64,000 bases of DNA. Source: Bdellovibrionota bacterium. Its GTDB lineage: Bacteria; Bdellovibrionota; UBA2428. Shown here in pieces: positions 9,775-19,226 of this stretch. The notes beneath the pieces were generated by a model that did no database searches, had not been told where the DNA came from, and saw only the letters and a program-made list of their open reading frames with translations. The number at the start of each line of letters is the position of its first letter. The stretch's first letter is position 1. The DNA lies in the NCBI GenBank assembly GCA_964201665.1, contig CAXNEW010000004.1, positions 11,552 to 75,551 of the forward strand, written 5' to 3'. The position numbers were made by a program, and so were the translations under genes.

Positions 9775-10917
9775 TTACTGTGCAAAAAATCGCTCCCCTT
9801 TTAATAAAATCCCTTCAGCTCGGGGATCCACCCTTAGGCTTCCAAGAATTTCTTGAAGTCCCTGCTCAAGGACTTCAATTCCAGCGTCCGTGTAAGAACC
9901 TGTTGATTTAAATTTAATATCACCCAATCGACCATTTTTTTGAACCGTCGCTTGCCAGTTAACAGTCACTGAAAGAGTTCGATCAACTTTTAGAGCCCGA
10001 TCAAAAACCTGGGTCATTCGAGAGTTTTGGGAATCAAAAAGTTTTCTAATTTTAAGTTCGTCCTCTGAACTGAAACCTCGGCCTGCTCCTTTAAGATTGA
10101 TATCAACCTGGGCTGAATTCACGCGTCCGGATTTAACTTGCGCAAGTTGGTTCTTCATTTCTCCGGTAGCTTTGGCTAAGGCCTCAGCTCCCTTTGCAAC
10201 TGCTTGAGCCCCACCACCGGTTTGAATCTTAACCCCTGGACCCGAAGAAACTCTCTGACTTAAGTTTGAAAGCTGAGAAGCTAGCCCTTGAATTTTTGAA
10301 AGGTCGCTCGAAACCTTGTCCGTGACTGTTGCCGACTCATCGTAGGAACGTTTTCCGCGGAAGGCCTGTTCTGCAAGGCTCACAATAATTCCGGCGGTTT
10401 CTTTTGAGATTTCAGGAATCGTTTCAATAACGGGCACAGGCTCGCTTTCTTCAGTAGCGATTTTTTCTGTTTTTTCGCGGCTAAATTTTAAAAAATTTTG
10501 ACTCAATCCAAATGTGAGCCCCAAAGAAAGCAAAACAAGTAGCCCGAGCCCCCAGAGCAAATCCCGTCTCAGTTTTTCTGTTTTAAAGGTCGAAATCTGC
10601 CAACCTAATTTTCGTCTTAATGCCCTTAGTATAAGGGCTTCCGAAAAATCGGCCCCAGTTACTCGGTAAGTGCCAAAAATTGAAAGCTCGACTGAACTTG
10701 AACTTGAACCCGACAGAGTTTTCCAGCCGGTCGAATACATTTTTTCCACTAAAAGTGGGCCGGGCCCGCTCACATTCAAAATTAATTTCTCGCCCTTTAC
10801 ACTCACATTTAATTTAGACTTTTCTTTTTCTCCTGCAAGAAATTCAATTTTTGGATTCTCATAAACATCAAATGGGCTCCGAGTTGCATCTAACCAGATG
10901 CCAAATGTAGAGCTCAT
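9775..10917 (-). CDS. Membrane-anchored protein with a TonB_C / AgmX-PglI-like C-terminal domain
   Basis: Cytoplasmic N-domain, one TM segment (LLWGLGLLVLLSLGLTFGL), a low-complexity linker, and a C-terminal region of about 90 aa (MTQVFDRALKVDRTLSVTVNWQATVQKNGRLGDIKFKS...LEQGLQEILGSL) matching the TonB_C/AgmX pattern. An ATGA overlap joins it to the upstream gene. The domain call is by eye only. Confidence 0.55.
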   Translation of the reverse strand: MSSTFGIWLDATRSPFDVYENPKIEFLAGEKEKSKLNVSVKGEKLILNVSGPGPLLVEKMYSTGWKTLSGSSSSSVELSIFGTYRVTGADFSEALILRALRRKLGWQISTFKTEKLRRDLLWGLGLLVLLSLGLTFGLSQNFLKFSREKTEKIATEESEPVPVIETIPEISKETAGIIVSLAEQAFRGKRSYDESATVTDKVSSDLSKIQGLASQLSNLSQRVSSGPGVKIQTGGGAQAVAKGAEALAKATGEMKNQLAQVKSGRVNSAQVDINLKGAGRGFSSEDELKIRKLFDSQNSRMTQVFDRALKVDRTLSVTVNWQATVQKNGRLGDIKFKSTGSYTDAGIEVLEQGLQEILGSLRVDPRAEGILLKGERFFAQ

Positions 10918-13292
10918 CTTGTGTTACCTCCATCAATTTTAATTTCGGGCTGGGTTAATTCCTTTTCCAAATTCTCAAACTGGCTTTTATAAATTTGTGG
11001 AAGAAATTTTAGAATCGTAGAATCACTTTCGATAACTTTAAGCCCAGGCTGCCTAACCGTGGATTCCACATTGTCTTGCCCCATGTCGATCACACGGGGT
11101 TTTTCATCGGACAAACTCCCCGGTTGAATTTTTATTTTTGAATTTTTTGTATTTTCACTTTGGGGCCCCCGGACAGTCTCACTCAAAGTCTCAAGCTCAC
11201 TTGCTATTTTGGCCATTTCCTGGGTGAAGGCCATTTTTTCGGGTTCTCTTAAAACTTTGGGGGCCACAATAGATTTAATTTTTTTGGCAGCTTGTTTTTG
11301 GTGGGAACTTACAATTGTTGTCGCAATTGTAGCCATGCGTTTATGAAACCAGGGGCCTTCAGAAACAAAACTCACAAGATTTTGTGATTTTTTAACTAAG
11401 CCTGTAAGGGCTGCAACAAATTTATCTGAAAGGGGATTCAAGGCTAGGCCCAAATATCGGCTTGAGTTTTGTTCTAAACTTTCGAGTTTTTTAAAATCCT
11501 TTGCCCAATCCGAAACCAAAACATCTTCGGGCAAACTTGAAAAACTCGAACGTTGCGAAAGGACTCCTTTTCCACTTTCAATATTTGCCACAATTTTAAG
11601 GACAGTCTCGATTTCAGTTCCTGAAAACTCAAAAGTTAAATTCGAGTTACTGCGCTCGCCTAGCACTTTTCTAAGGGCCTGATTTGAAACCTCACTCAAA
11701 ATGGAAGCGAAACCGGGTTGGTTTTTAAGAGCGGCTCGAAACTCCAGGCGGTGTTTCCAGATCCAATCGGGTCGCCCCTTTTTTAGAGCCAAACCCGCAA
11801 GTCCAAAAGCATCGACCGGAGAAGACCATTTCAAAGTATCAAAAAACTTTATAAAAAGTTTGCCCGAAGGATCGATCTCGTCGACCTCGCGACTTAAAAA
11901 TTCGGTCCAAATCCAAATTCGCCTTTTTTCTGCCTTCTCATCGGCTAAGACACCTTCAGCAGGCAAATAGTTCTCAAGAATTTTCTGACGTGATGTTGAA
12001 TCTAATTCAGCAATTAAATTTTTAGCCTCAGAGGATAAAAGAATCTCAAGAATTTCAACCCACTGCCCGCTTTCAAAACCTCGCAAAGGTTTTGGAGCCT
12101 GCGCCATAAAAGATTCAAAAATTCTTTTCAAATCTCCCTGACGCTGCTCAAGGGGTAAATTTAAATTCTTTGCAGCCAGGACAGATTTTTCACAAGCTCG
12201 AGCCACACTTCCCACAATGCCTGCCAAGGCGGGGTCTTCCTTTGAGGCCTCCGAATACTGCAAACAAGATTTAGAATATTGATTTTGATCAAAATAAATT
12301 TCGGCTAGCGGCAAACGGTTGCGGCCAATAAGAGCAATGGCCTCAAACGAACTTTGAAGTTCTTTTTTTAGATTGCCTCCACCTGGCGATCGATAGCACC
12401 TCACTAGGGATTCAAAAACCAAAGGAGAGTCCAAACTCTGCGCCTGTAGGCCTATCGGGAACCAATCCAAAATAGAACAGGGCCCGGAGAGAATTAATTT
12501 TTCGCTTGCCGCCACACCCTCAAGAACCACAAGTGACAAAATTCCTTCACGGACTTTTAGTCGAAAATTTTCTAAATCCTGAGGCGACCGACTCGAGATA
12601 TATCGAACTCCAAGTTTGAGACCGAAAAGAAACTCCTCACGACTTTGAGGTTCAAGGATAAGTTCTGCAATTTTTGAATCAAAACGAGTCACTCCATTTG
12701 CAACAACCTCTGGCCAAACCCGCCCCAAATCTCGAAATATCAAATTTCCTAAAAACGAAGAGCGATTTTTGTTTTTACTAAGTTCAAAAATACTCATCCA
12801 ACTGTCCAGCGCCGCAACAGGGTTTTTTTCGTTTACCTCTATCCATCCCAATCGATAGGATGCGTATTCCGTATCCATGGGATTATTTATTTTTTTTAAA
12901 TTTAAATAACTTTCTCGAGCCTCTTTAAGTTTTCCTAAATCATAGCGAACATCACCCAGTTTTCGAAAAATTCTCGACAATGTTTCGCCGTTCTCATTTT
13001 TTAATCGCGCAACAGAATTTAAATATTCTAAAAACTGGCTTTGAGTTTCATTACCAAGAGTATCCGTAGGGAGGGAACTCAGAAGTAAGGCCGCATCAAA
13101 TTTTTCACTTTCATTTTGGGTAGTTGCAAACAATTGCTGAAGTTTTTGAATACCCACAACTCTTTGGGTTTCAAGAAGCGACAATATCTCAATAAGCCTT
13201 TCATCGGCCTGACTACGCAAGGGATTGAGGGCAATTGCAAAAAACACAACCCAACACAAAGGACTCTTCTTTTTGAAAAAAAGTGAAATCAC
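10914..13292 (-). CDS. Large exported helical-repeat (TPR-like) protein
   Basis: Long ORF. I prefer the in-frame GTG at 13292: it forms a GTGA overlap with the stop of the upstream gene and yields a classical signal peptide, (V)ISLFFKKKSPLCWVVFFAIALNPLRSQA. TPR-like segments include KLKEARESYLNLKKINNPMDTEYASYRLGWIEV. The track start at 13385 would overlap the upstream gene by 97 nt. Confidence 0.65.
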   Translation of the reverse strand: MISLFFKKKSPLCWVVFFAIALNPLRSQADERLIEILSLLETQRVVGIQKLQQLFATTQNESEKFDAALLLSSLPTDTLGNETQSQFLEYLNSVARLKNENGETLSRIFRKLGDVRYDLGKLKEARESYLNLKKINNPMDTEYASYRLGWIEVNEKNPVAALDSWMSIFELSKNKNRSSFLGNLIFRDLGRVWPEVVANGVTRFDSKIAELILEPQSREEFLFGLKLGVRYISSRSPQDLENFRLKVREGILSLVVLEGVAASEKLILSGPCSILDWFPIGLQAQSLDSPLVFESLVRCYRSPGGGNLKKELQSSFEAIALIGRNRLPLAEIYFDQNQYSKSCLQYSEASKEDPALAGIVGSVARACEKSVLAAKNLNLPLEQRQGDLKRIFESFMAQAPKPLRGFESGQWVEILEILLSSEAKNLIAELDSTSRQKILENYLPAEGVLADEKAEKRRIWIWTEFLSREVDEIDPSGKLFIKFFDTLKWSSPVDAFGLAGLALKKGRPDWIWKHRLEFRAALKNQPGFASILSEVSNQALRKVLGERSNSNLTFEFSGTEIETVLKIVANIESGKGVLSQRSSFSSLPEDVLVSDWAKDFKKLESLEQNSSRYLGLALNPLSDKFVAALTGLVKKSQNLVSFVSEGPWFHKRMATIATTIVSSHQKQAAKKIKSIVAPKVLREPEKMAFTQEMAKIASELETLSETVRGPQSENTKNSKIKIQPGSLSDEKPRVIDMGQDNVESTVRQPGLKVIESDSTILKFLPQIYKSQFENLEKELTQPEIKIDGGNTR

Positions 13293-13882
13293 AAATTCAC
13301 TGCAGCTTTCTGAAGCTCGCATAGATTTTGAGTTCGTACGCGAATAAATCTTAAGGGTGCTTTGGAGGTTCCCAAAAGCGGCCATTTGCGAATACGACTC
13401 CCCTCAACTTTCGCGATGTCTGCTTTTTTTGCTGTAGGCGGAATATATTTACTACTCAAACTCACCAAAGAATTTAGAGCTTTGCCGTAGGGGTCGTTTT
13501 TATTCAACAGGTCCTGCGTCACGGATTGGGCTTTTTCGGTATAACAAAATTTTAAAAGTGCAAGTGAATGCAATCGATCAGCAACTTCGCTACACCCCGA
13601 ACAGGCATAAAAAATTCCAAAAAGCCGGTCCCAATCTTCGGCTTTGTAGGACAGCTTGGCATATTCCCCTAAAAGATATTTTTTTTGTTCTTCTTGTGCA
13701 GTTTGATCAACAAGGGAGGCAACTTCATCCAAGACATCTTGAGACTGTTTTGTATAGGTGCCGTTTGTGCCATCTAAAAGGGATTCAAAACTTTCAAATT
13801 TTTGGTTGGGGCCACTGGACTGGCAGGCGCCAATGGCAAAGCAAACAATAGAAAACAAAAGCCCTGTCGCCTGTGACTTCAC
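13289..13882 (-). CDS. Lipoprotein of unknown function (first gene of the ExbBD-containing operon)
   Basis: Signal peptide with lipobox AIGAC; 197 aa; co-directional with and coupled to the downstream gene. Confidence 0.65.
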   Translation of the reverse strand: MKSQATGLLFSIVCFAIGACQSSGPNQKFESFESLLDGTNGTYTKQSQDVLDEVASLVDQTAQEEQKKYLLGEYAKLSYKAEDWDRLFGIFYACSGCSEVADRLHSLALLKFCYTEKAQSVTQDLLNKNDPYGKALNSLVSLSSKYIPPTAKKADIAKVEGSRIRKWPLLGTSKAPLRFIRVRTQNLCELQKAAVNL

Positions 13883-13958
13883 GCAAACCCCACCCTCAAA
13901 AAAAACGATAACATCACAATCACTTGACGAAAAGCCCCCAGGCCTTAATATTTATCAA

Positions 13959-14603
13959 GTGAAACTAAATTTGTTTATATCAACAGGAATTATTTGTGCC
14001 TTTGGAATCTCGATCCCTTGTTTTTCTCAAGACAAGGCTGGGCAAGGAAAATCCACTGACAGTTACCAAGAAATTTACACGGCCGTAAGAGACCAAAACC
14101 CTCTCTTGGACTTTAATCTCGCCTACCGATCAGGGGTTTCAAACCCCTTTAACTATTCGCACGGAATTGATTTTGCTTTAAGATTTTACTTTGAGAATAG
14201 ATTTTACACTCATGCAAGTTTTACCCAACATTTGGCAGGTTTTAATAATTTTACCGGCGCAGCACGCGCCGATCTTATTGAGTCCGGGTTTGGAGCCACT
14301 GTGGCCCAAACTAAAAATAAATATTCATTAGGTGGTGGAGTGGTTTTTTTAGATGGGGTTTTGAATTTTTTTGGCGCAAGAGTGGTTCCCTTTGATGTGT
14401 CTATGGGCTTGGAGCTTGGGCAAACCCGCTATGACACCCCAGAGACGCGATTTTCTTTTGGACCCCACCTTGATTTCAGAGGCTTGTTTGCAAAAAATTT
14501 TGGAGTGGCTCTCACCGCGGCTCCAATCTTTGAAGAGAGCCAACAATATGGAACCCTGCTTTACACCGACGTATCGTTAGGAATCTTCGCGCGATTTTAT
14601 TAG
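13959..14603 (+). CDS. Small outer-membrane beta-barrel protein
   Basis: An in-frame GTG at 13959 gives the signal peptide (V)KLNLFISTGIICAFGISIPCFSQ. The protein has alternating beta-strand-like composition and a C-terminal aromatic terminus LGIFARFY. The longer track ORF from 13758 is antisense to 13289..13882. Confidence 0.6.
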   Translation: MKLNLFISTGIICAFGISIPCFSQDKAGQGKSTDSYQEIYTAVRDQNPLLDFNLAYRSGVSNPFNYSHGIDFALRFYFENRFYTHASFTQHLAGFNNFTGAARADLIESGFGATVAQTKNKYSLGGGVVFLDGVLNFFGARVVPFDVSMGLELGQTRYDTPETRFSFGPHLDFRGLFAKNFGVALTAAPIFEESQQYGTLLYTDVSLGIFARFY

Positions 14604-14604
14604 T

Positions 14605-14740
14605 CGTTCGTGAAAAAGGCCAATTGCGTACCCATAATTTGATTGTTTTCTTCCGTCAGCACCAAGGAGGTGCCTTGACTCAAAAAAAAATCAAATTCTG
14701 CGCCGCCCTTGGCCTTTTTGACGAACGCCATCTTTTTTTT
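14605..14740. terminator. Long inverted repeat plus T-run between convergent genes (possible bidirectional terminator or structured element)
   Basis: Arms cgttcgtgaaaaaggccaa (14605-14623) and ttggcctttttgacgaacg (14709-14727) pair 18/19. There is an inner small hairpin, caagg-aggtg-ccttg, followed by an A-run, and a T-run at 14732-14740. Confidence 0.35.
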
Positions 14741-15965
14741 AAAGAGTCAACTCGGCTGTGCGGGGCCTTTCGCTCTCACTTACAAAGATAGGTTCGTGAA
14801 TCCAGCCGCCGCCAAGAACCATATTGCCGTCATAAAAAGTACAAGCTTGTCCTGGGGTTACGGCTCTTTGGGGTTCAAAAAAACGAATTTCAGCCGTATC
14901 GTCTGCAAGCATTCTTAATTCGGCCGCTGCGGGTTCAGCACGATGTCGAATGCGTACTGTAATTTTTCGAGTCTTGCGAAGATCAGGCGGCACAATCCAA
15001 TTTACTTGGTTTACAAGAAGACCCCAACGACGAAGATCTCGCTCGGTTCCCAAAACAACAAGATGCTTGATGGGATCCAAACGAATGACATAGAGATCAT
15101 CAGGATTTGCAATATTAAGTCGGCGTGCAGTTTCTAAGGCTTCGGTTAATCCTTTTCGTTGGCCCACTGTAAATTTGTAAATGCCATCGTGTTCGCCGAG
15201 AACTCGATTTTCAGTATTTACAATATAACCCTTGGCTCTTTGGGATTCTGAAGTTCGTTTTTCAATAAAATTTGAATAGTCATTTGCCGGAACAAAGCAA
15301 ATTTCTTGGCTATCAGGCTTACCTGCAACCGGAAGTTTATTTTGTTCAGCAATCCGGCGGACTTCTTCTTTTTTTAAATGCCCCACTGGAAATAGAGTTC
15401 GCTCCAGTTGTGCTTGAGTTAAATTAAATAAAAAGTATGTTTGGTCTTTTTCAAGATCCGTCGATTTCCACAGCACATAACCAAGCTCTGGCTCATGAGA
15501 GAGTCTGGCATAGTGGCCGGTAGCAACATAGTCGGCACCCAAATCCATGGCTTTTTTGTAAAGGTGATTGAATTTCACCTTGGTATTGCAAACCACGCAG
15601 GGATTGGGTGTGCGACCTTGCAAGTAATCATTTACAAAATATTCAACAACAGCTGAATCAAAAGTTTTTTCGGTATCTAATACATAAAAAGGAATTTCGA
15701 GTTGCTCACACACTCTGCGAGCATCATCCATGTCTTTAACCGAGCAACAATTACCGCCCGTTTTATCGTTGCGGTATTTTGAGTAGTCGGTTGTTTGAAG
15801 TGCAATTCCAACAACGTCATAACCTTGCTTTTTTAAGAGCAAAGCAGCGACAGAAGAATCCACGCCACCTGACATCGCAACCACAGCTTTTTTTCCGGTA
15901 CCTGCAAGCAAGCCTGACTGAGTTTTTGAACCCGAGGACTCAATTGTTTGATAAGGGTTGGCCAT
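14739..15965 (-). CDS. mnmA: tRNA-specific 2-thiouridylase MnmA
   Basis: PP-loop AMSGGVDSSVAA. Conserved NPCVVCN and GHYAR motifs. It is paired with an upstream cysteine desulfurase, as is usual. Confidence 0.9.
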   Translation of the reverse strand: MANPYQTIESSGSKTQSGLLAGTGKKAVVAMSGGVDSSVAALLLKKQGYDVVGIALQTTDYSKYRNDKTGGNCCSVKDMDDARRVCEQLEIPFYVLDTEKTFDSAVVEYFVNDYLQGRTPNPCVVCNTKVKFNHLYKKAMDLGADYVATGHYARLSHEPELGYVLWKSTDLEKDQTYFLFNLTQAQLERTLFPVGHLKKEEVRRIAEQNKLPVAGKPDSQEICFVPANDYSNFIEKRTSESQRAKGYIVNTENRVLGEHDGIYKFTVGQRKGLTEALETARRLNIANPDDLYVIRLDPIKHLVVLGTERDLRRWGLLVNQVNWIVPPDLRKTRKITVRIRHRAEPAAAELRMLADDTAEIRFFEPQRAVTPGQACTFYDGNMVLGGGWIHEPIFVSESERPRTAELTL

Positions 15966-15987
15966 ATTTCTTCAGTCTAACTAAATT

Positions 15988-17304
15988 TCAGTGTTGTGTA
16001 ACAAGTTCTGGTAAAATTTGTTTGGCCCTGGCCCTAGAAGCCCGAATTTGAGCCACATTTTTTCGAACGCACTCAACAAAGGCATCAATGTCTTCGTCGG
16101 GGGTTTCGGCCCCCAAAGTCGCCCGCAAACTTGATAGAGCAATTTCGGGAGAATATCCCATCGCCATGAGAACGCGGGAGGGTTTTAAGGAGCCCGAATT
16201 ACAGGCTGATCCACTCGAAACACAAACACCAGCCAAATCTAAACACAAAAGCAGACTTTCTTCGGGACAACCTTCAAAATGAAAGTTGATTGAATTACAA
16301 AGTCCCGGAAATTCTCCATCGGGCCCCACGCCATGCAAAACCAAGCCTTCGATAGTTTGAAGGCCCTCAATTAGCCTTTTGCGCTGTAAACTCATGCGGG
16401 ATCGAAATTCTTCACCTCGCGCGCGCCATTCACGAGCGGCCTCTAGAAAACCCAAAAGCCCCAAAGTGTTGGGAGTGCCTGCGCGACGTCTGCGCTCTTG
16501 CACCCCGCCTGTCATTTGACTCTTAAACGGCGCATCTGAACGCAGCCAAAGAGAGCCTATTCCTTGGGGACCTCCCATTTTATGGGCTGACATCGAAAAA
16601 TAGTCGGCAAAATGAAGGGCCTTGCGAAGACTTTCATCAGGCATTTTTCCGAGGGCTTGGGCGCCATCGCAGGCAAACCAAATTCGTTTAGGGCTAAGCG
16701 GAAATTTGCCACCCTTGATACGAGGCTTATCAGTTTCGGCCTTTGGGCCCCATTCCGCCTGAAGTTCCGTCAACAAGGAATCCAAATTATACGTGACACC
16801 TGTTTCATTATTGCAAAGTTGCAAAACGAGCAAAATATCAGCTTGGGGTGAGGTTAAAAGTGTGTTGTTAATTTTGCTAACTAAATTTTGTTTATCAAAC
16901 TGACCACAAGAATCAACAGGTTCAACATGAACCTCGACAAAAGAATTTTCTTTCAAGTCATTTACAGTATCGATCACCGCAGAATGCTCAACAGTGGTAG
17001 TGAAAATAATGGGTTTACGCCCGTGCACGTGGCGGTCCGAACAGAATCCGCGCAGAGCCAAATTTAAGGCCTCAGTTGCGCCTGAGAGAAAAATAAATTC
17101 ATCGCCATCAGGGCGTCCCAGCCACTCACAAAGTTCAGCGCGAAGTTCGGCAACCATTCTTTTTGATTGTTGCCCCACGCGGTGAATACTCGAAGGATTT
17201 GAAAGTCGAAAATCATCGGCCAATAGGGCCTCAGACAAGGACTTTCGAACACGGGTCAAAAGGGGGTGTGTAGCATTACAATCAAGATAAATCGCTTTTT
17301 GCAT
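15988..17304 (-). CDS. Cysteine desulfurase (NifS/IscS-like class V aminotransferase)
   Basis: PLP-lysine motif SMSAHKMGGPQGIG and catalytic-Cys loop SSGSACNSG; 438 aa. Confidence 0.85.
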   Translation of the reverse strand: MQKAIYLDCNATHPLLTRVRKSLSEALLADDFRLSNPSSIHRVGQQSKRMVAELRAELCEWLGRPDGDEFIFLSGATEALNLALRGFCSDRHVHGRKPIIFTTTVEHSAVIDTVNDLKENSFVEVHVEPVDSCGQFDKQNLVSKINNTLLTSPQADILLVLQLCNNETGVTYNLDSLLTELQAEWGPKAETDKPRIKGGKFPLSPKRIWFACDGAQALGKMPDESLRKALHFADYFSMSAHKMGGPQGIGSLWLRSDAPFKSQMTGGVQERRRRAGTPNTLGLLGFLEAAREWRARGEEFRSRMSLQRKRLIEGLQTIEGLVLHGVGPDGEFPGLCNSINFHFEGCPEESLLLCLDLAGVCVSSGSACNSGSLKPSRVLMAMGYSPEIALSSLRATLGAETPDEDIDAFVECVRKNVAQIRASRARAKQILPELVTQH

Positions 17305-17339
17305 GTTGAGAGGGGTTTTTTAGTAAATTTAAGGACTTG

Positions 17340-17858
17340 TCAAGGTTTTCGCGAGGGGAGGGTTTTTAACCCTAGCTCAAACAAAACATCAATTTTGTTT
17401 TCTCGCCGAGCCTGAACAACTCCTTTGCCAAAGCTTGTGTGTACAAAGACCTCACCCACATTGAAAAGGGTGTCTGAATTGAAGGGAACAATAGGTTTAT
17501 CGCCCCATTTTTTGAGTCCATCAAACCAAGTTTTTTCGAGAGCATCGCTTTTGGCGCTTCCCTTGCTCGAGGGTTCTCGCCCTGGACTTGTGGGGCCTTG
17601 GCGAACAGTTGATCCATCAGCCTTGTGAATCAATATAGGCGCTGTGGCTGATTTTTTTGGCGGAGCTGGGTTCAATAGTTTGTATTTATGTTCGCTCCCG
17701 CAAGCCTTACATTTGACCTTCTCAACGATGCCTTTGGCATTGTGATGCATAACTAAATGCCAGGTATCTGTTTTTTCTTTCGTGCAATAAGTAAGAACTT
17801 CTTGCGCTACGGGTGTTCGATCGGGGTGAGGTGTAGTTTGAATTTTAGTCACAGCCAC
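17340..17858 (-). CDS. Hypothetical protein with a possible zinc-ribbon (C...H..HH...CxxC) and a small C-terminal beta domain
   Basis: I prefer the GTG at 17858, which is preceded by GGAGGA 8 nt upstream. That start overlaps the CDF stop by 14 nt. Cys/His pattern: YCTKEK...HLVMHH...KCKACGSEH. Confidence 0.5.
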   Translation of the reverse strand: MAVTKIQTTPHPDRTPVAQEVLTYCTKEKTDTWHLVMHHNAKGIVEKVKCKACGSEHKYKLLNPAPPKKSATAPILIHKADGSTVRQGPTSPGREPSSKGSAKSDALEKTWFDGLKKWGDKPIVPFNSDTLFNVGEVFVHTSFGKGVVQARRENKIDVLFELGLKTLPSRKP

Positions 17859-18816
17859 TTTTACAATCCTCCGAAGCGCTTTCGGTTTCAAGTGTGATAT
17901 GAAAATCACCCCAGTTTTTTAGTATTTGAGTCATTTCGGCCTTTATCCGCGTCACTTGGCCCTCAAATCCGTCCTGAAGTCGCAGATGAACCGATAAAAT
18001 ATGGTGGCGGCCATCCAAACTCCAGACGTGCAGATCATGATAGCTTTGCACCCCTTTAATTTTGTGAACTAAATCCTTAAATTCTTGGGGTTTAAAATCG
18101 TCTGGAACAGCCTGCAAAAAGAGTTTGAGGGCAGACCACGAGTGTCTCAAAGCATTCACTAAAATAAATCCAGCCAATGCTAAGGCCATTGCGGGATCGA
18201 TCCAAACAATCCCGGTGAAGTGAATGATGATGGCCCCCAAAAGAACCAAAACCCATCCCATGGTGTCTTCAAACAAATGAAGGGTAAAAATTTTCTCATG
18301 CTGGGCCGCTGTTTTTTGATTCTGAAAAAGCTTAAATGTCGCAAAGCCATTAACCGCGACGCCTAAAACGGCTAGGGCTATCATTTCGGGGCCCTTTGGA
18401 ATTTGTGGATTAAAAAGTCGCCCGACGGCCTCGGTAAAAATAAAAATCGATCCCCCGATAATAACCCCCGCAGTCAAAAGGGCAGACAAAACCGAAAAGC
18501 GCGCATAACCATAACTGAATTTTTGATCGCGTGATTTTGCCGAAACTCGAACAAGAATCAGAGCCAGCCCCAATCCCAAGGTATCACCGGTGTCGTGGAT
18601 GGCATCGGCCAAGATTGCAACCGAGCCCGTCCAAATTCCGCCAAAAATTTCAATCAGGGCAAAAGCCCCATTTAAAACAAAAGCGAGCTTAAGCGCCGAA
18701 GTTTTTTGGGCAGAGGGCGGGTGGGAGTGCGAGTGATGCAAATGATCGTGGTGATCGTGAGAAGGCCCGTGACCCCGGCCATGACTGTGGCTGTGAATAC
18801 CTGACACAAAGGGCAT
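17845..18816 (-). CDS. Cation diffusion facilitator (CzcD/ZitB-type) divalent-metal efflux protein
   Basis: His-rich N-terminus (HSHSHGRGHGPSHDHHDHLHHSHSH), six TM segments, metal-site motif DAIHDTGD, and a C-terminal cytoplasmic domain. Confidence 0.85.
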   Translation of the reverse strand: MPFVSGIHSHSHGRGHGPSHDHHDHLHHSHSHPPSAQKTSALKLAFVLNGAFALIEIFGGIWTGSVAILADAIHDTGDTLGLGLALILVRVSAKSRDQKFSYGYARFSVLSALLTAGVIIGGSIFIFTEAVGRLFNPQIPKGPEMIALAVLGVAVNGFATFKLFQNQKTAAQHEKIFTLHLFEDTMGWVLVLLGAIIIHFTGIVWIDPAMALALAGFILVNALRHSWSALKLFLQAVPDDFKPQEFKDLVHKIKGVQSYHDLHVWSLDGRHHILSVHLRLQDGFEGQVTRIKAEMTQILKNWGDFHITLETESASEDCKSGCD

Positions 18817-18983
18817 TCTAACTGAGCCTAAGGTGATCCAAAAGACTTAAAGTCAGGATTATCGACCTAACCTTTCAACTCATCGATAGCTTCAGATTTT
18901 TTGGGGTCGGGCCTATCAAATGGCAATTTTAGTTGCAAATTTCCTAGTGTTTCTAATCTGGGAGAGCCCGGCCATAGCACCCC

Positions 18984-19217
18984 TCAAGTCTGGACTTTGG
19001 CAGAAATTTTTTCAATGAATTCCAACGGCGTAAACACGATATGAGTCGTTCCATCGTTGAAAGGTTTTTTGAGTTTCAACGTGACATCGCCATTTCGAGT
19101 GAGCGAAATGCGATCATTGGCAAACGGCGGCCTGGCAACATATTCGATCAGTCGTCGTAGTTTGTAGGATTCGTTTTCAGCCATGACTTTACCTAGCAGA
19201 TAGTTTTCAGTAATCAA
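18984..19217 (-). pseudogene. Remnant of an IS91-family (Y2 transposase) gene
   Basis: The 77-aa ORF reads ...RRLIEYVARPPFANDRISLTRNGDVTLKLKKPFNDGTTHIVFTPLEFIEKISAKV. This matches the conserved C-proximal block of IS91-type transposases (..YxARPPFAxxRL..dG.t.l.ltPlEfi.rl). The catalytic N-terminal part and the extreme C-terminus are missing. Confidence 0.5.
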
Positions 19218-19226
19218 TGTCTTGGA

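Noticed and set aside
13758-13958. The longer N-terminal extension of the OMP ORF (track start 13758)
   Set aside because: The extension is antisense to the 5' part of the 13289..13882 lipoprotein gene and has no signal peptide. The in-frame GTG at 13959 yields a canonical signal peptide.
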